A stretch of 64,000 nt of DNA, taken from positions 9,534 to 73,533 of the forward strand of contig CAZSUJ010000004.1 of assembly GCA_964609925.1 (NCBI GenBank), read 5' to 3'. The position numbers and the translations under genes were made by a program. The notes below the pieces were generated by a model. That model was not told the origin of the DNA. It worked only from the letters and a program-made list of their open reading frames with translations, and searched no databases. The DNA comes from an uncultured Chthoniobacter sp. Lineage in GTDB: Bacteria; Verrucomicrobiota; Verrucomicrobiia; Chthoniobacterales; JACTMZ01. Positions 1-10,500 of this stretch are shown piece after piece; within the stretch, counting starts at the first letter, position 1, and the number at the start of each line of letters is the position of its first letter.

Positions 1-62
1 GCCATGGGCGTTTCGAAAGGCGCCACGGCCAGCAGCGCACTGAGGAGGATTGCTTTTTTCAT
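1..62 (-). CDS. 5' end of an exported-protein gene that runs off the left edge (partial)
   Basis: The complement of 60-62 is ATG. The minus-strand translation MKKAILLSALLAVAPFETPMA... looks like a signal peptide. Only ~20 codons are visible, so the product is unknown. Confidence 0.3.
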   Translation of the reverse strand, partial: MKKAILLSALLAVAPFETPM

Positions 63-472
63 GTCTGGTAGGGATCGGCTATGGCCTCTGAGCGCGTGCG
101 ATCCGCCTCAAAAGCAAGTTCGCACAGCTTTATTCGTCTGTCGTTTGTCTGGCTTCGGCTCGGGAAAGGCCGCGCAGCAAATCCCCCAGAAAAGCTGCGC
201 GGCCACCCCAAACAAATTCATCACCGAATCGAAGAACCGCTGCCGGCGCGCATTTGCTCGACGTTGCAGGCCAACCGGAGCGGCGCAAGGGCGTGGGAGG
301 AGCAGAATGGGGGCGGTGTTCATCGGGGGGCGAGGACACTGATCTTCCTACACATTCATTCAGGTTGTGGGGTCCGTCAAGAAAATCGTTTGAATTTTGT
401 CTGATACCGATTTTGATTGGTCTCGGCGACAGGTTGACGCTCAGAAAAGTGGTCAGGCGCCCCCTCCCCTCC

Positions 473-1864
473 ATGAATAACCAGCTACCTATCTGCGCAG
501 CTCTTTGCCTCGCGGCGTGCACAGCCTCAACTGCGGTGGGCGGACCTTCGAAGCCGAACCTCATCGTCATCATGGCGGACGATCTCGGCTATGCGGATGT
601 CGGCTTCAACGGAAACTCCGAGATTCCGACGCCCAACATCGATCGAATCGCGGCAGGTGGCGTGGTGTTCACCGACGCCTATGTGACCTTCACCGTGTGC
701 GCCCCGAGTCGCGCCGGTTTCATCACCGGGCGGTATCCGCAACGCTTCGGCTTCGAGCGGAACCCGGCATACAGGCCGCACAGCCACGAGACGGGACTTC
801 CCCGCGAAGAAAAGACCCTGGCCGAAGTCCTTCGTCCCGCCGGCTATACATCGGCGCTGATCGGCAAATGGCATCTCGGGGCGCATGACGACCTCCACCC
901 GCTCGCGCGCGGCTTCGATGAGTTCTTCGGTCACGTGGGCGGGGGGAAGCGCTATTTTCCGGAGTTGCTCACGAAGAAGAACACGGCGGACGCGAGAGAC
1001 GAATGGGACAGTTACCACACATGGATCACGCGAGGCTTCGAACCGGTGCAGACGACGGAGTATCTGACCGACGAGTTCACCCGGGAGGCGGTCGGGTTCT
1101 TACGCCGCCGTGCGGATTCGCCGGCACAGCCATTCTTCCTGTTCCTCGCCTACAACGCGCCCCACGGTCCCCTCGAAGCTCCGGCGGAGGACATCGCGAA
1201 GTTCGCGCATATAGGGAACGAGAAGCGCCGCGCCTACGCCGCCATGGTTTCCGTGATGGATCGCGGCATCGGCCGGATCCTTGATTTGCTCGACGAGCGA
1301 AAAATGGCCGAGAACACCCTGATCGTCTTTCTGTCCGACAACGGGGGGGCATCCAACACCCACGGTTCCCGGAATACGCCGCTGCGGGGCGGCAAGAGCG
1401 AGCCGTGGGAGGGCGGTTGGCGCGTGCCGATGGCGGCGCGGTGGCCCGGAGTATTCCCTGCGGGGGCCAAGTATTCCCAGCCGGTTTCCTCGATGGACAT
1501 CTTCGCCACCATCGCTGCGGCCAACGGCCTGCAAGCAGACCCGGAGCGCCCGCTCGACGGAGTGAACTTGACGCCGTATGTGCGTGGCGATCATCCCGGC
1601 GCACCGCACGAGCGGATCTACCTGCGCATGTTTGACAGCGGGGCTTTTGCCATGCGCGACGGCGACTACAAGATCGTGAGGCCGAAAAACGAGACGGGCG
1701 TGAAGCTGTTCAATCTGGCCGACGACATCGCTGAGAAGCGGGACATGGCTGCGGCGAATCCGGAGCGCGTCGAGGCGCTGGTTAGCGATTACAAGCGGTG
1801 GAGCGCCGAGCTGAAGGAGCCCGCGTTCGAGGGACTGAAGCCGCGCAAGCCAGAGCAGAAATGA
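473..1864 (+). CDS. Cys-type sulfatase (family S1), lipoprotein-like signal
   Basis: Lies inside ORF 254..1864. The ATG at 473 gives MNNQLPICAALCLAAC (lipobox-like). This is followed by PNLIVIMADDLGYADVGFNG, the formylglycine motif CAPSRAGFITGR, GKWHLG and LSDNGG. Confidence 0.9.
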   Translation: MNNQLPICAALCLAACTASTAVGGPSKPNLIVIMADDLGYADVGFNGNSEIPTPNIDRIAAGGVVFTDAYVTFTVCAPSRAGFITGRYPQRFGFERNPAYRPHSHETGLPREEKTLAEVLRPAGYTSALIGKWHLGAHDDLHPLARGFDEFFGHVGGGKRYFPELLTKKNTADARDEWDSYHTWITRGFEPVQTTEYLTDEFTREAVGFLRRRADSPAQPFFLFLAYNAPHGPLEAPAEDIAKFAHIGNEKRRAYAAMVSVMDRGIGRILDLLDERKMAENTLIVFLSDNGGASNTHGSRNTPLRGGKSEPWEGGWRVPMAARWPGVFPAGAKYSQPVSSMDIFATIAAANGLQADPERPLDGVNLTPYVRGDHPGAPHERIYLRMFDSGAFAMRDGDYKIVRPKNETGVKLFNLADDIAEKRDMAAANPERVEALVSDYKRWSAELKEPAFEGLKPRKPEQK

Positions 1865-1880
1865 GCATCGCCGTCCGGAC

Positions 1881-3302
1881 ATGAGACCTCCCGCCGCGCT
1901 CCTGATCCTCGCTGCCGCCGGCCCGTGTGGCGCAGGGTTCGCCACAGCCGAACGGCCGCCGAATCTCATCGTCATCGTGAGCGACGACCAAGGTTACCGG
2001 GACGTCGGCTTCAACGGCGGCACGCAAATCCCCACGCCAAACATCGACCGCATCGCGAAAGGCGGCGTTGTCTTTACCGATGCCTACGCGACAGGCGCGG
2101 TCTGCGGCCCGAGTCGCGCCGGGTTCATCACGGGGCGCCATCCGGCGCGCTTCGGCTGCGGCGGCACCCCGGGCTACCGGCCGGACAACCCCAAGGAAGG
2201 ACTGCCGCTCGAGGAGACGACTCTGGCCGAGGCACTGCGTCCGCGCGGCTACACCTCGGCGCTCATCGGAAAATGGCATCTCGGGGCGCACGAGCGCTTC
2301 CATCCCATGAACCGCGGGTTCGACGAGTTCTTCGGCCATGTGGGCGGTGGCAAGCGCTTCTTCCCGGAGTTGCTGACGCGGAGGGACACAAAGGACGCGA
2401 AGAACGAGTGGGAGAGCTACCACACTTGGATCACGCGGGGCGTGGAACCGGTGAGGACGACCGGGTATCTGACGGACGAATTCAGCCGCGAGGCGGCCGA
2501 ATTTGTGCTGCGTCGCGCGGCGGATCCGGAGAGCCCCTTTTTTCTCTACCTCGCCTACAACGCACCACACAGCCCGTTCGAGGCGCCAGCCGGGGAGATC
2601 GCGAAGTTCGGCCACATCGAGAACGAAAAGCGCCGCACCTACGCCGCCATGATCGCGGTGATGGACCGGGGCATCGGCCGGATCCTCGATGTGCTCGACG
2701 AGAACAACCTGGCCGGTGACACGCTCATCTTCTTCTTCACCGACAACGGAGGGCCCACCAAGGATCAAGTCACGGACAACACCCCGCTGCGAGGCGGCAA
2801 GTCGTCCCCTTACGAAGGCGGATTCCGCGTTCCCATGGCCGCGCGCTGGCCCGGCGTGATTCCCGCCGGCTCAACATTCACGCAGCCTGTCTCGACCATG
2901 GACATCTTCGCCACCATCGCCGCGCTCAACCACCTCCCCGAAGATCCGGGGCGTCCACGCGACGGCGTGAACCTCATGCCCTTCCTCACCGGCGCAAAAC
3001 AGGGAGCGCCCCACGAGCGGATTTACCTGCAACTCGGCGCCGGCAGCGGCTTCTGCATGCGTGAGGGAGACTACAAAATCGTCAGCGTGCGCGACGGGGA
3101 GACACAGCTCTACAACGTTCGCGAGGATGCCGGGGAGACGCGTGATCTCGCGCCGTCCGATCCAGCCCGCGTCGAGAAGATGCTCTCCGCCTTTCATGCA
3201 TGGAACGCCACGCTACCGCCTTCGATTCTCGAGGGCATGAGGCCGGAGGAGTGGGGAGGCAAGGCAGCCAAGGAGTCTCCGGCCGGGGGCGCGAACCCCT
3301 AG
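1881..3302 (+). CDS. Cys-type sulfatase, tandem paralogue of the upstream gene
   Basis: Signal MRPPAALLILAAAGPCGA, then PNLIVIVSDDQGYRDVGFNG, CGPSRAGFITGR and GKWHLG. It is collinear with 473..1864 along its whole length, with a 16-nt gap between the two genes. Confidence 0.9.
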   Translation: MRPPAALLILAAAGPCGAGFATAERPPNLIVIVSDDQGYRDVGFNGGTQIPTPNIDRIAKGGVVFTDAYATGAVCGPSRAGFITGRHPARFGCGGTPGYRPDNPKEGLPLEETTLAEALRPRGYTSALIGKWHLGAHERFHPMNRGFDEFFGHVGGGKRFFPELLTRRDTKDAKNEWESYHTWITRGVEPVRTTGYLTDEFSREAAEFVLRRAADPESPFFLYLAYNAPHSPFEAPAGEIAKFGHIENEKRRTYAAMIAVMDRGIGRILDVLDENNLAGDTLIFFFTDNGGPTKDQVTDNTPLRGGKSSPYEGGFRVPMAARWPGVIPAGSTFTQPVSTMDIFATIAALNHLPEDPGRPRDGVNLMPFLTGAKQGAPHERIYLQLGAGSGFCMREGDYKIVSVRDGETQLYNVREDAGETRDLAPSDPARVEKMLSAFHAWNATLPPSILEGMRPEEWGGKAAKESPAGGANP

Positions 3303-4393
3303 AACGAGCCCCGCATCACCATCAGCGGCGGGATGCGCTCCAACACCCCGGTTCCTCCCTGGCCTTCAGCGATCTTTTGCACGCGTTCCACAGCGGAATG
3401 CGCGATGCGCTCCATGTCCTGCTGGATCGTTGTCATGGGCGGATCGGTCAACTCACCGCGCTGCGCACCGTCATAGCCGATGAGCGCCACCTCATCGGGA
3501 ACCGCGACATTCCGGTAGGCGAGCACCTCGAGGAAGTTCGCCGCGAGGCGACCGTCGTTCACAAAGTAAGTCCCGTGCGCGGGATTCTTTTCGAGGAAGG
3601 ACTGGACGTTGAGGGCGATCTCGAACGAGCTGTCACTCCACGGGATGCCGACCACCGGCAATGCCTCCAGCGACTTCCCCGCCTCCACCCAAGCATGCCG
3701 GAAGCCTTCGAGGCGGGCCGACACACGCGGGTTGTTCTCGGATCCGGCATGGTAAACGAACGATGTCTCACGCGGGCTCCGCCGGAGGATCGCCTCGGCT
3801 GCCAGCCGTCCCCCGTGATGGTGGTCGGTGACGATGTTGGCGTGATAGCGATCGCTGAAGTTCGCATCCAAGCCGATGACCGGGACAGGAAACTCCTTGA
3901 AAGAATCCAAGAGCCGCCCGCTCGAGTCGCTGTCCACCATCAGAACATCGCACCCCCGCCAGATCTTTTCGTCCGGCTTCACCGCGGATGGCAGCAGTTC
4001 GATTTCCAGGTTGATGTTGTGGTAGTGGCACAACCGGGTCAGCGCATCGGCCAGGCGGCGGAATCCCGAGAAGTAGATGTAGCCCTTGCCCGCAAACATC
4101 GCGCGCACGCAGATCGAGCGTAAGATCTTGGTGTAAAGGTGATTGGATGCGACGTAGCGCTTGCTTGGAAGCAGGTCCAGCCAACCCTCTTCCTGCAACT
4201 GCCGGAGCGCTCGCCAGACGGAATCGCGGGTCAGCCCGAAACTTGCCGACATCTGCCGCACAGTGGGCAGGCGCTCGCCGGGCTGGAGTCGATTGGCTCG
4301 GATGAAATGCTTGATCTGGTCCACAGCGGCGGCGCGCCGATTGGCCTCCGGGCCGATCTGCAGCGGGCGGTCAATGTTCAGGATGGCAGACAT
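3299..4393 (-). CDS. Transcriptional regulator, GntR-type HTH fused to a LacI/PBP1-type sugar-binding domain (AraR-like architecture)
   Basis: Only the last 364 codons of the 801-codon ORF 3299..5704 look real. The ATG at 4393 gives MSAILNIDRPLQ... The winged HTH is LPTVRQMSASFGLTRDSVWRALRQLQEEGWL. Periplasmic-binding-fold motifs follow: VIGLD, VTDHHHGGRLAAEAIL, ARLEGFRHAW, ALIGYDG. It is divergent from the GH42 gene. Confidence 0.8.
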   Translation of the reverse strand: MSAILNIDRPLQIGPEANRRAAAVDQIKHFIRANRLQPGERLPTVRQMSASFGLTRDSVWRALRQLQEEGWLDLLPSKRYVASNHLYTKILRSICVRAMFAGKGYIYFSGFRRLADALTRLCHYHNINLEIELLPSAVKPDEKIWRGCDVLMVDSDSSGRLLDSFKEFPVPVIGLDANFSDRYHANIVTDHHHGGRLAAEAILRRSPRETSFVYHAGSENNPRVSARLEGFRHAWVEAGKSLEALPVVGIPWSDSSFEIALNVQSFLEKNPAHGTYFVNDGRLAANFLEVLAYRNVAVPDEVALIGYDGAQRGELTDPPMTTIQQDMERIAHSAVERVQKIAEGQGGTGVLERIPPLMVMRGSF

Positions 4394-4606
4394 GCGGGCA
4401 ATTTGTCCGTAATCCTGAATCCCACCCCCATCCAAGACAAGATCAAGCCATGGCTGAGGACTGGTCGCTTGACACCAGACATTTTTCAGACAATTTTCCG
4501 CCATGGCTCGGCCCCCCAGCCCCTTCTTGCCTTCCATCGTGCGGCGAAGGTCCGCACATGCACCACCGTGCCCAGCACCTTCAGACAGCTGACGCAGCCT
4601 GCAATC

Positions 4607-6727
4607 ATGAAACGAACCACGAGACTGCCAGCCGGCGATGTCATTCTTTACGGGGCGGACTACAACCCGGACCAATGGCAGGGGCAGGAGCATGTGCTGC
4701 TCGACGACATCGCGCTCATGAAGAAGGCCCGGGTCACGTCGGCGTCGATCGGAATCTTCTCGTGGACAGCCCTCGAGCCGGAGCCCGGCGTGTTCACTTT
4801 CGATTGGCTCGACGCCACGATGGACCGTTTCGCCGAGGCCGGGTTGAAGGTCTTCCTCGCCACGCCGAGCGGAAGCAAGCCGATGTGGCTTTCGGAAAGC
4901 CACCCGGAGGTGAGGCGCGTTGACGTGCAAGGCCGGAGGGAGCCCTCGGGCGGACGGCACAACCATTGTCCCACTTCGCCGGCTTACCGGGAGGCTGTGC
5001 ACCGGATCAACAGCGAGCTCGCGCTGCGCTACGGAAGGCACCCGGTGCTTGCATTGTGGCACGTCGGAAACGAGCTCAACGGCGATTGCCACTGCGACCT
5101 CTGCCGCGCCGCGTTCCAAGGCTGGCTGCGGCAGCGCCACGGAAGCTTGGACAACCTCAATCGCGCATGGTGGACATCGTTCTGGAACCAGACCTACAAC
5201 GACTGGTCTCAGATCCCCACTTTCAACAAGAGCATCGACGGCTTGGCGGTGGACTGGATGCGCTTCGTCAACGACCAGCACTGCTCGTTCCTGGAAAACG
5301 AGATGGCCCCGTTGAGGGAGTTCGCCCCGTCCATTCCGTGCACCACGAACTTCATGGGCACGCACCCGACCACGAATTACTGGCAGTGGGCAAAGACCGT
5401 GGACTGCGTTTCCAACGACCACTATCCCCTGCCCGACGATCGCGAGGACTGCTGGCGGCGGTCGCTGGGAGCCGACTTCATCCACAGCCTCATGCGCGGC
5501 ATGGCGCACGGCGATCCATGGATCTTGATGGAGTGCTCCCCCAGCTCCGTCAACTGGGGCAAAGTCAACAAACTCAAGCGTCCCGGCGTGCACATGCAGG
5601 AAGTCCTGCAGGCCGTGGCCAACGGCGCGGATGTCGTCCACTACTTCCAGTGGCGGAAAGGACGCGGGGGCCACGAGAAATTCCACGGGGCGGTGGTTGA
5701 CCACGAGGGCAGCTCACGCACACGAGTCTTCAAGGAATGCACCGAGGTCGGAAAGACGCTTGAGATGCTCGCACCGGTGGTCGGAATCCGATCCGACCGC
5801 GCTCCGGTGGCCATGATCTACGATTGGGAAAGCCGCTGGGCGCTGGCTGCGTCCGCAGGCCCCAAGTCCGAGGCGTGGGGCGACCTCTACACGCGCACCT
5901 GCAGCGAGCATTTCCGCGCACTCCGGCTGGCCGGGATCGAAGTCGATCTGGTTCCGGTCGATGCCGATCTCTCGGGCTACCGCACCGTCATCACCCCGTC
6001 GCTCTACTTGCTCGAGCAGCAGACAGCTCGGAAGCTGACAAACTTTGTCGAGATGGGGGGCGCGTGGATCGCGACCTACTTGACCGGCTACGTGGACGAA
6101 CACAACCGCTGCTGGTGCGGCGGATTCCCGGGCCCGAATCTGCGCGAAGTGTTTGGCCTCTGGAACGAGGAGGTCGATTACCTTTTCGACGATGAGACCG
6201 TCAGGATCCTCGGCCGCATCGCCGGCTTGGGACCGGACATGAAGGCCAAGGATGTGGTCGAGCACCTGCACGCCGAGGGCGCGACGACCATGGCGTCGGT
6301 CGATTCGGATTTCTACGCAGGCGCACCTGCGGTCCTGCGCAACAAGTGGAAAGAGGGTTCGGCCTACTACGTCGGAACCCGCCTCGACGAGGAGAGCCTC
6401 ACCGCATTCTACCGCGTGGTGGCTGCCGAACTCGGCCTGCCGCGCACGGAACTTCCGCGCGGCATCGTCCGCAAAGCGCGTCTCGGATCAGCCGGGCCGG
6501 TGGACTTTCTCTTCAACTACACCAAGGCAGGCGTCGAGATCGACCTTGGCGACGAGACGTTCATGCAGGTTTCCGACGGGCGACAAGTCACCGGAAGGAC
6601 GACCCTTCAGGCGTATGAAACCCTCCTCCGAGGCGTGACCCCGCCCCGTCGGCAGGGCACCGCCGCGACTCGAAAACATCCCCTCCATCATGAACACCCA
6701 ACACCCCCGCTCCCCACTCCAGGCTAA
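4607..6727 (+). CDS. GH42 beta-galactosidase, cytoplasmic
   Basis: The ATG at 4607 gives MKRTTRLPAGDVILYGADYNPDQWQ. Also WHVGNELNG, the Cys cluster CHCDLCRAAF (GH42 Zn site) and a trimerisation-type C-terminal half. No signal peptide. The 5' part of ORF 4139..6727 is discarded. Confidence 0.85.
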   Translation: MKRTTRLPAGDVILYGADYNPDQWQGQEHVLLDDIALMKKARVTSASIGIFSWTALEPEPGVFTFDWLDATMDRFAEAGLKVFLATPSGSKPMWLSESHPEVRRVDVQGRREPSGGRHNHCPTSPAYREAVHRINSELALRYGRHPVLALWHVGNELNGDCHCDLCRAAFQGWLRQRHGSLDNLNRAWWTSFWNQTYNDWSQIPTFNKSIDGLAVDWMRFVNDQHCSFLENEMAPLREFAPSIPCTTNFMGTHPTTNYWQWAKTVDCVSNDHYPLPDDREDCWRRSLGADFIHSLMRGMAHGDPWILMECSPSSVNWGKVNKLKRPGVHMQEVLQAVANGADVVHYFQWRKGRGGHEKFHGAVVDHEGSSRTRVFKECTEVGKTLEMLAPVVGIRSDRAPVAMIYDWESRWALAASAGPKSEAWGDLYTRTCSEHFRALRLAGIEVDLVPVDADLSGYRTVITPSLYLLEQQTARKLTNFVEMGGAWIATYLTGYVDEHNRCWCGGFPGPNLREVFGLWNEEVDYLFDDETVRILGRIAGLGPDMKAKDVVEHLHAEGATTMASVDSDFYAGAPAVLRNKWKEGSAYYVGTRLDEESLTAFYRVVAAELGLPRTELPRGIVRKARLGSAGPVDFLFNYTKAGVEIDLGDETFMQVSDGRQVTGRTTLQAYETLLRGVTPPRRQGTAATRKHPLHHEHPTPPLPTPG

Positions 6728-7433
6728 GACAGGGGCATTCACCCTCGTCGAGATCCTGGTCGTCGTCGCAATCATCGGTGTCCTCGCTGCGTTGGCCTTC
6801 CCCGTGCTGCAACGCGTCCGAGGCAAGGCCGGCGAAACGAAGTCCGTCGCGGCCATGAAGTCGGTGCTGACTGCCAACTCGCTCTACTCGGCCGACAACT
6901 TCGGGCAGATTCTCACCCTGAAGTATGCTGGGGACCCTTCGCTAGCTGGAGGCGGGTGGGTCGGAGGGGCATATTGGGGACGCTTGCAGCCGTATCTCTT
7001 CGGGACACCGAGAATCTCCAATCAAACCCAGCTTCAAGCAAAGATCCTCAGTGAGCTGAGGAACCTTTTCGGCGGGGATCCCAAGACCATGAGCGGGACC
7101 GCGTTCGAAGGGCCGAAGATTTACCATGACACGTCCGCCCTCCCTGTGCCGTTTGCCTTCAACAAGTATCTGAACAAGTGGAATGGCTGGGTGACTCAGT
7201 TGCAAATAACCAAGCCCGCGTCCACCATTTATGCCACCTATGGCTTCGCCATGTTTGATGAGGCGGACGCCGCCGCTTACCGGGAATTGCCCAAGAACGG
7301 TGACAGGCCAGAGAATAACATTTTCTATCTCCCACCAAACAGGACCCTCGCTGGCTTCCTGGACGGGAGGGTGGAGATTCTGACCGCTCCCATCCCGGAA
7401 GAGATGGTCAAATTCGAAGGTGCCAGCCTGTGA
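6690..7433 (+). CDS. Prepilin-type N-terminal cleavage/methylation domain protein (PVC pseudopilin-like)
   Basis: MNTQHPRSPLQAKTGAFTLVEILVVVAIIGVLAALAFP is the class-III signal / N-methylation helix. The C-terminal ...LAGFLDGRVEIL resembles a degenerate H-X9-DG motif. The gene starts 38 nt inside the 3' end of the GH42 gene. Confidence 0.75.
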   Translation: MNTQHPRSPLQAKTGAFTLVEILVVVAIIGVLAALAFPVLQRVRGKAGETKSVAAMKSVLTANSLYSADNFGQILTLKYAGDPSLAGGGWVGGAYWGRLQPYLFGTPRISNQTQLQAKILSELRNLFGGDPKTMSGTAFEGPKIYHDTSALPVPFAFNKYLNKWNGWVTQLQITKPASTIYATYGFAMFDEADAAAYRELPKNGDRPENNIFYLPPNRTLAGFLDGRVEILTAPIPEEMVKFEGASL

Positions 7434-7552
7434 CAAGGCACCTCCCGAGTGTCATTGAACGAGGGGTCTATTCCTGAGGTCCAATCTTCTGGCATCTTCT
7501 TGGCGGTAAGTTGCCTCCCCCCATGCCGGCCCCTCCCGATACCACCCGACGC

Positions 7553-10500
7553 ATGACCGCCCGAGTCTGCTCCCGCACGTTGGCGGCCGTCTTGGCCTCC
7601 GCCGCCTTGGTGCCGGTTGTAATGGCCCAGCGGGTCAACGTGGCGAAATACCAGACCGTCACGGCCAGTTCGACGAGTTCGACTTATCGTCCCGATTTCG
7701 CGGTGGACGGCATCGCGGGCAACTTCCACTCGTTCCGCAGCTCCGGCGCGTTCTGGCTTGAGGTCTCCTACCCCGCTCCGATCGCGATCGCCAGCGCACA
7801 CGTCTATCTCGGACTCCTCGAGGGCAGCACCACGCAGGTCCTCTCGAACTTCCGCTTCCAGTATCACGACGGCGCCGGTTGGCTGGACATTCCCGGTTCA
7901 GTCGTGACAGGCAACACACTCGCCGAACGCTCGGTCATCTTCTCCCAAGCCGTCACCGCGACCCGTTTCCGGCTGCTCAGCAACGACGCCTCGGGATCAC
8001 GCACCGTCCGGGAGCTCGCTTTCTTCCCGCCCAATATCGTCGGCAACGTCGAGCAGGGCCAGCCACTCGGCACCGACGTCAACCTTAACCTGGCCTACAA
8101 ACGCCCCGCCACGGCCTCGTCCCATCAAATCGTCAACACCAATGGCGCGGGCTACCCGAAGAATGCATTCGACGGCTACATCGACAACCGTTCGCGCTGG
8201 CTGATCCAGCCGACGAACATCAGTGGCACGAATGTTTATCTCAGCGGAGAATTTCTCGAGGTGGATCTCCTCGCCACCAACTTGATCGGCTCGGCCCATG
8301 TTTACTCGGGAATCATGAGCACCAACCGCACAAGCAGCTCCCCCATCCCGGATTTCGAGCTGCAGTATCTGAGCGGGACCAACTGGCTTGTCATTCCCGG
8401 CACCAGCGTCGCCGGCAACACCAACCCCAGTTTGGTGGTCCCGTTTGCGACCAACGTGGCGACCAGCCGCGTCCGCCTCGTCACCACCAGCGCCACCCCG
8501 GCGCGGCTGCAGGAACTCCTTCTCTTCCCTCCGCGCACGGGCGGATACCCGGTCGGTCAGGAGGTCATCAATGCCGCCCCTTCGACCAACACCTGGGAGC
8601 GTCTCTCGGACTCCTTCTACCGCGTCCGCAATGCCGGCCCGGATCTCCGGATCGGGCTCGTCAGCGGGGCCGTGGTGAACGTTCCGGCGGACGCCAACAA
8701 CCCGCAGCGCACGGAATGGCAATTGCTGCTGAACTACCGCGACGGCACCTACCGCGTGCGGAACGCCGAGTCCGGCTTGTGCCTTGCCCTCGCCCGCGAC
8801 CTCAACGGTCAGATCAGCACCTCGAACAACACCCCGGTCGTCGCGGAGCAATACACCGGCCTCCCGCACCAGGACTGGCGCATGCTCTACGCCAACGCCA
8901 CCAACTTCAGCCTGGCCAACGCCTACTCGGGTTTGGTCATCCAACCCTCCGGAAGCAGTTGGAGTTCAGGGACCCCTCTCGTCGTCAGCACCGTCAACAC
9001 GAGCAACGTGACGCAGCTTTGGAACACCAGCTTCCGCCGCCACTATCCCAAGAAGGGTATCGCTGGAACGCTCAACCCGAATCCGTTCAACACCAACATC
9101 ACTTACCATCGGGACTTTTTCGACCGCTTGGGGGGCGGCAGCTGGAGTTACGTGTGGGGGAGGCCGTTCAACAGCAACTTCCCCTACCTCGATCACAACC
9201 ACGTCTACAACCCGATGCAGTGGGGGAACTTCAGTTGGACCCATGGATCCGCTCAAGGTCCGATGGAAAACCTCCATCGCGAACTGCAGTCAAACCCCAA
9301 GCCTGTTTACTTCATGGGCTTCAACGAGCCGGACAAGACGGAGCAAGGCTTCATCACGGTGGAAGAGGCCGTCATGCGCTGGCCGCGTTTCGAGGCGCGT
9401 GATGTCCCGCTTGTTTCGCCAGTGCCTGCCGACACTTTCAGCGAGTGGAGCACCAACTTCTTCAGCCAAGCCGAGGACAACGGCTACCGCGTCGACCACA
9501 CTGCCGTCCATTGGTATGCTGCGCCGAGCGCCTCCTCGTTGATCACCAACGTCCTTTGGAAGGCCTACACGAACTACGGCAACCGCCCGATCTGGCTGAC
9601 CGAGTTTTCCGTCGTTCCGTGGGGAGTGACAAACACCAACACTGCTTGGACGGAGAAGGACAATTTCGACTTCCTCGCCGAGTTCATGTGGCGCGCGGAG
9701 GGCATATCCTGGATCAAGCGCTATTCCCTCTTCTGTTTCACCACCGGCGGCTCCACCAACAATCCGAACTACACCTACGCCCCGCGCAGCGACACGTTCA
9801 ACGCCGACGGCAGCCTCACTCCGTTCGGCCAACTCTACGCCGGCTGGGACGGTGTCACGAACGTGGTCACGAACCGCGCCTACCACCTGCATGCATTCGG
9901 GAGCTACCAACGCGGACGCAACCCGGGTGGCACCTCCGCCCCCACCGCCGTCTCACCCTCGAACAACATCGCCGGAACCCAGTGGACGCTGTTTCCAGCC
10001 ACCACCACGACCAATACGAATACGTTCCGCATCATCTCCACACTCGACGGCCGTCCGTTGCGGACGACAAACGGAACGAACGTCAGCCTCGGCACCAACG
10101 GCGAGACCGGCGCCGCCGTGGAGTGGCGTCTCGCAGCCGACCAAAACGGGCTCCAGTTCATCCAGCATCCGGCCTCGGGCAACCGGCGGCTCCACCTCGC
10201 CAGCAACAGCAGCACGCTCACGATGGTCGCCTCAAACAACACGACCGACTTCTCGGAATGGCGCTTCGTCCGGCCGGCCGTTTCCGAGACGGCCGCGCCG
10301 CCGACTTCGCCGACCGGCGTCACCGCCAACGGAGGCGTCGCGTCTGTCGTCGTTTCATGGGCACCCGTGGACGCTGCGGACAGCTATGCCATCGAACGCC
10401 TCGATCCAGTCCAGCTGACTTGGTCGAACGTGGTGACCGGATTGACCCAGACGGCTTGGACCAACAACGCACTGCCCGGCAACACCACCAATTCCTACCG

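Noticed and set aside
254-472. Upstream 73 codons of the first sulfatase ORF; similarly 4139-4606, 7511-7552, 26053-26196, 46848-46991, 48742-48831 and 53958-53990
   Set aside because: In each case an internal ATG immediately precedes a proper signal peptide or the conserved N-terminus, and the upstream extension is compositionally non-coding.
3299-3302. Convergent sulfatase and regulator genes share a palindromic CTAG, so both stop codons overlap
   Set aside because: It is real in the sequence but is a trivial consequence of tight packing. No functional implication can be supported.
4401-4416. ATTTGTCCGTAATCCT just upstream of the first AraR-like regulator, resembling the Bacillus AraR box ATTTGTACGTACAAAT
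   Set aside because: It matches only about 11 of 16 positions and is not palindromic itself. The comparison rests on a distant organism's operator recalled from memory, which is too weak to call.
4485-4587. Direct repeat of the octamer TTCAGACA (4485-4492 and 4580-4587) in the regulator/GH42 intergenic region
   Set aside because: A single 8-mer repeat within ~210 bp is not far from chance expectation, and there is no surrounding conservation.
3299-5704. 801-codon minus-strand ORF, which would be a very large regulator
   Set aside because: Only the last 364 codons (from the ATG at 4393) look like a protein (GntR HTH + PBP fold). The upstream 436 codons are Arg/Gly/Pro-rich and run antisense to the well-supported GH42 gene.
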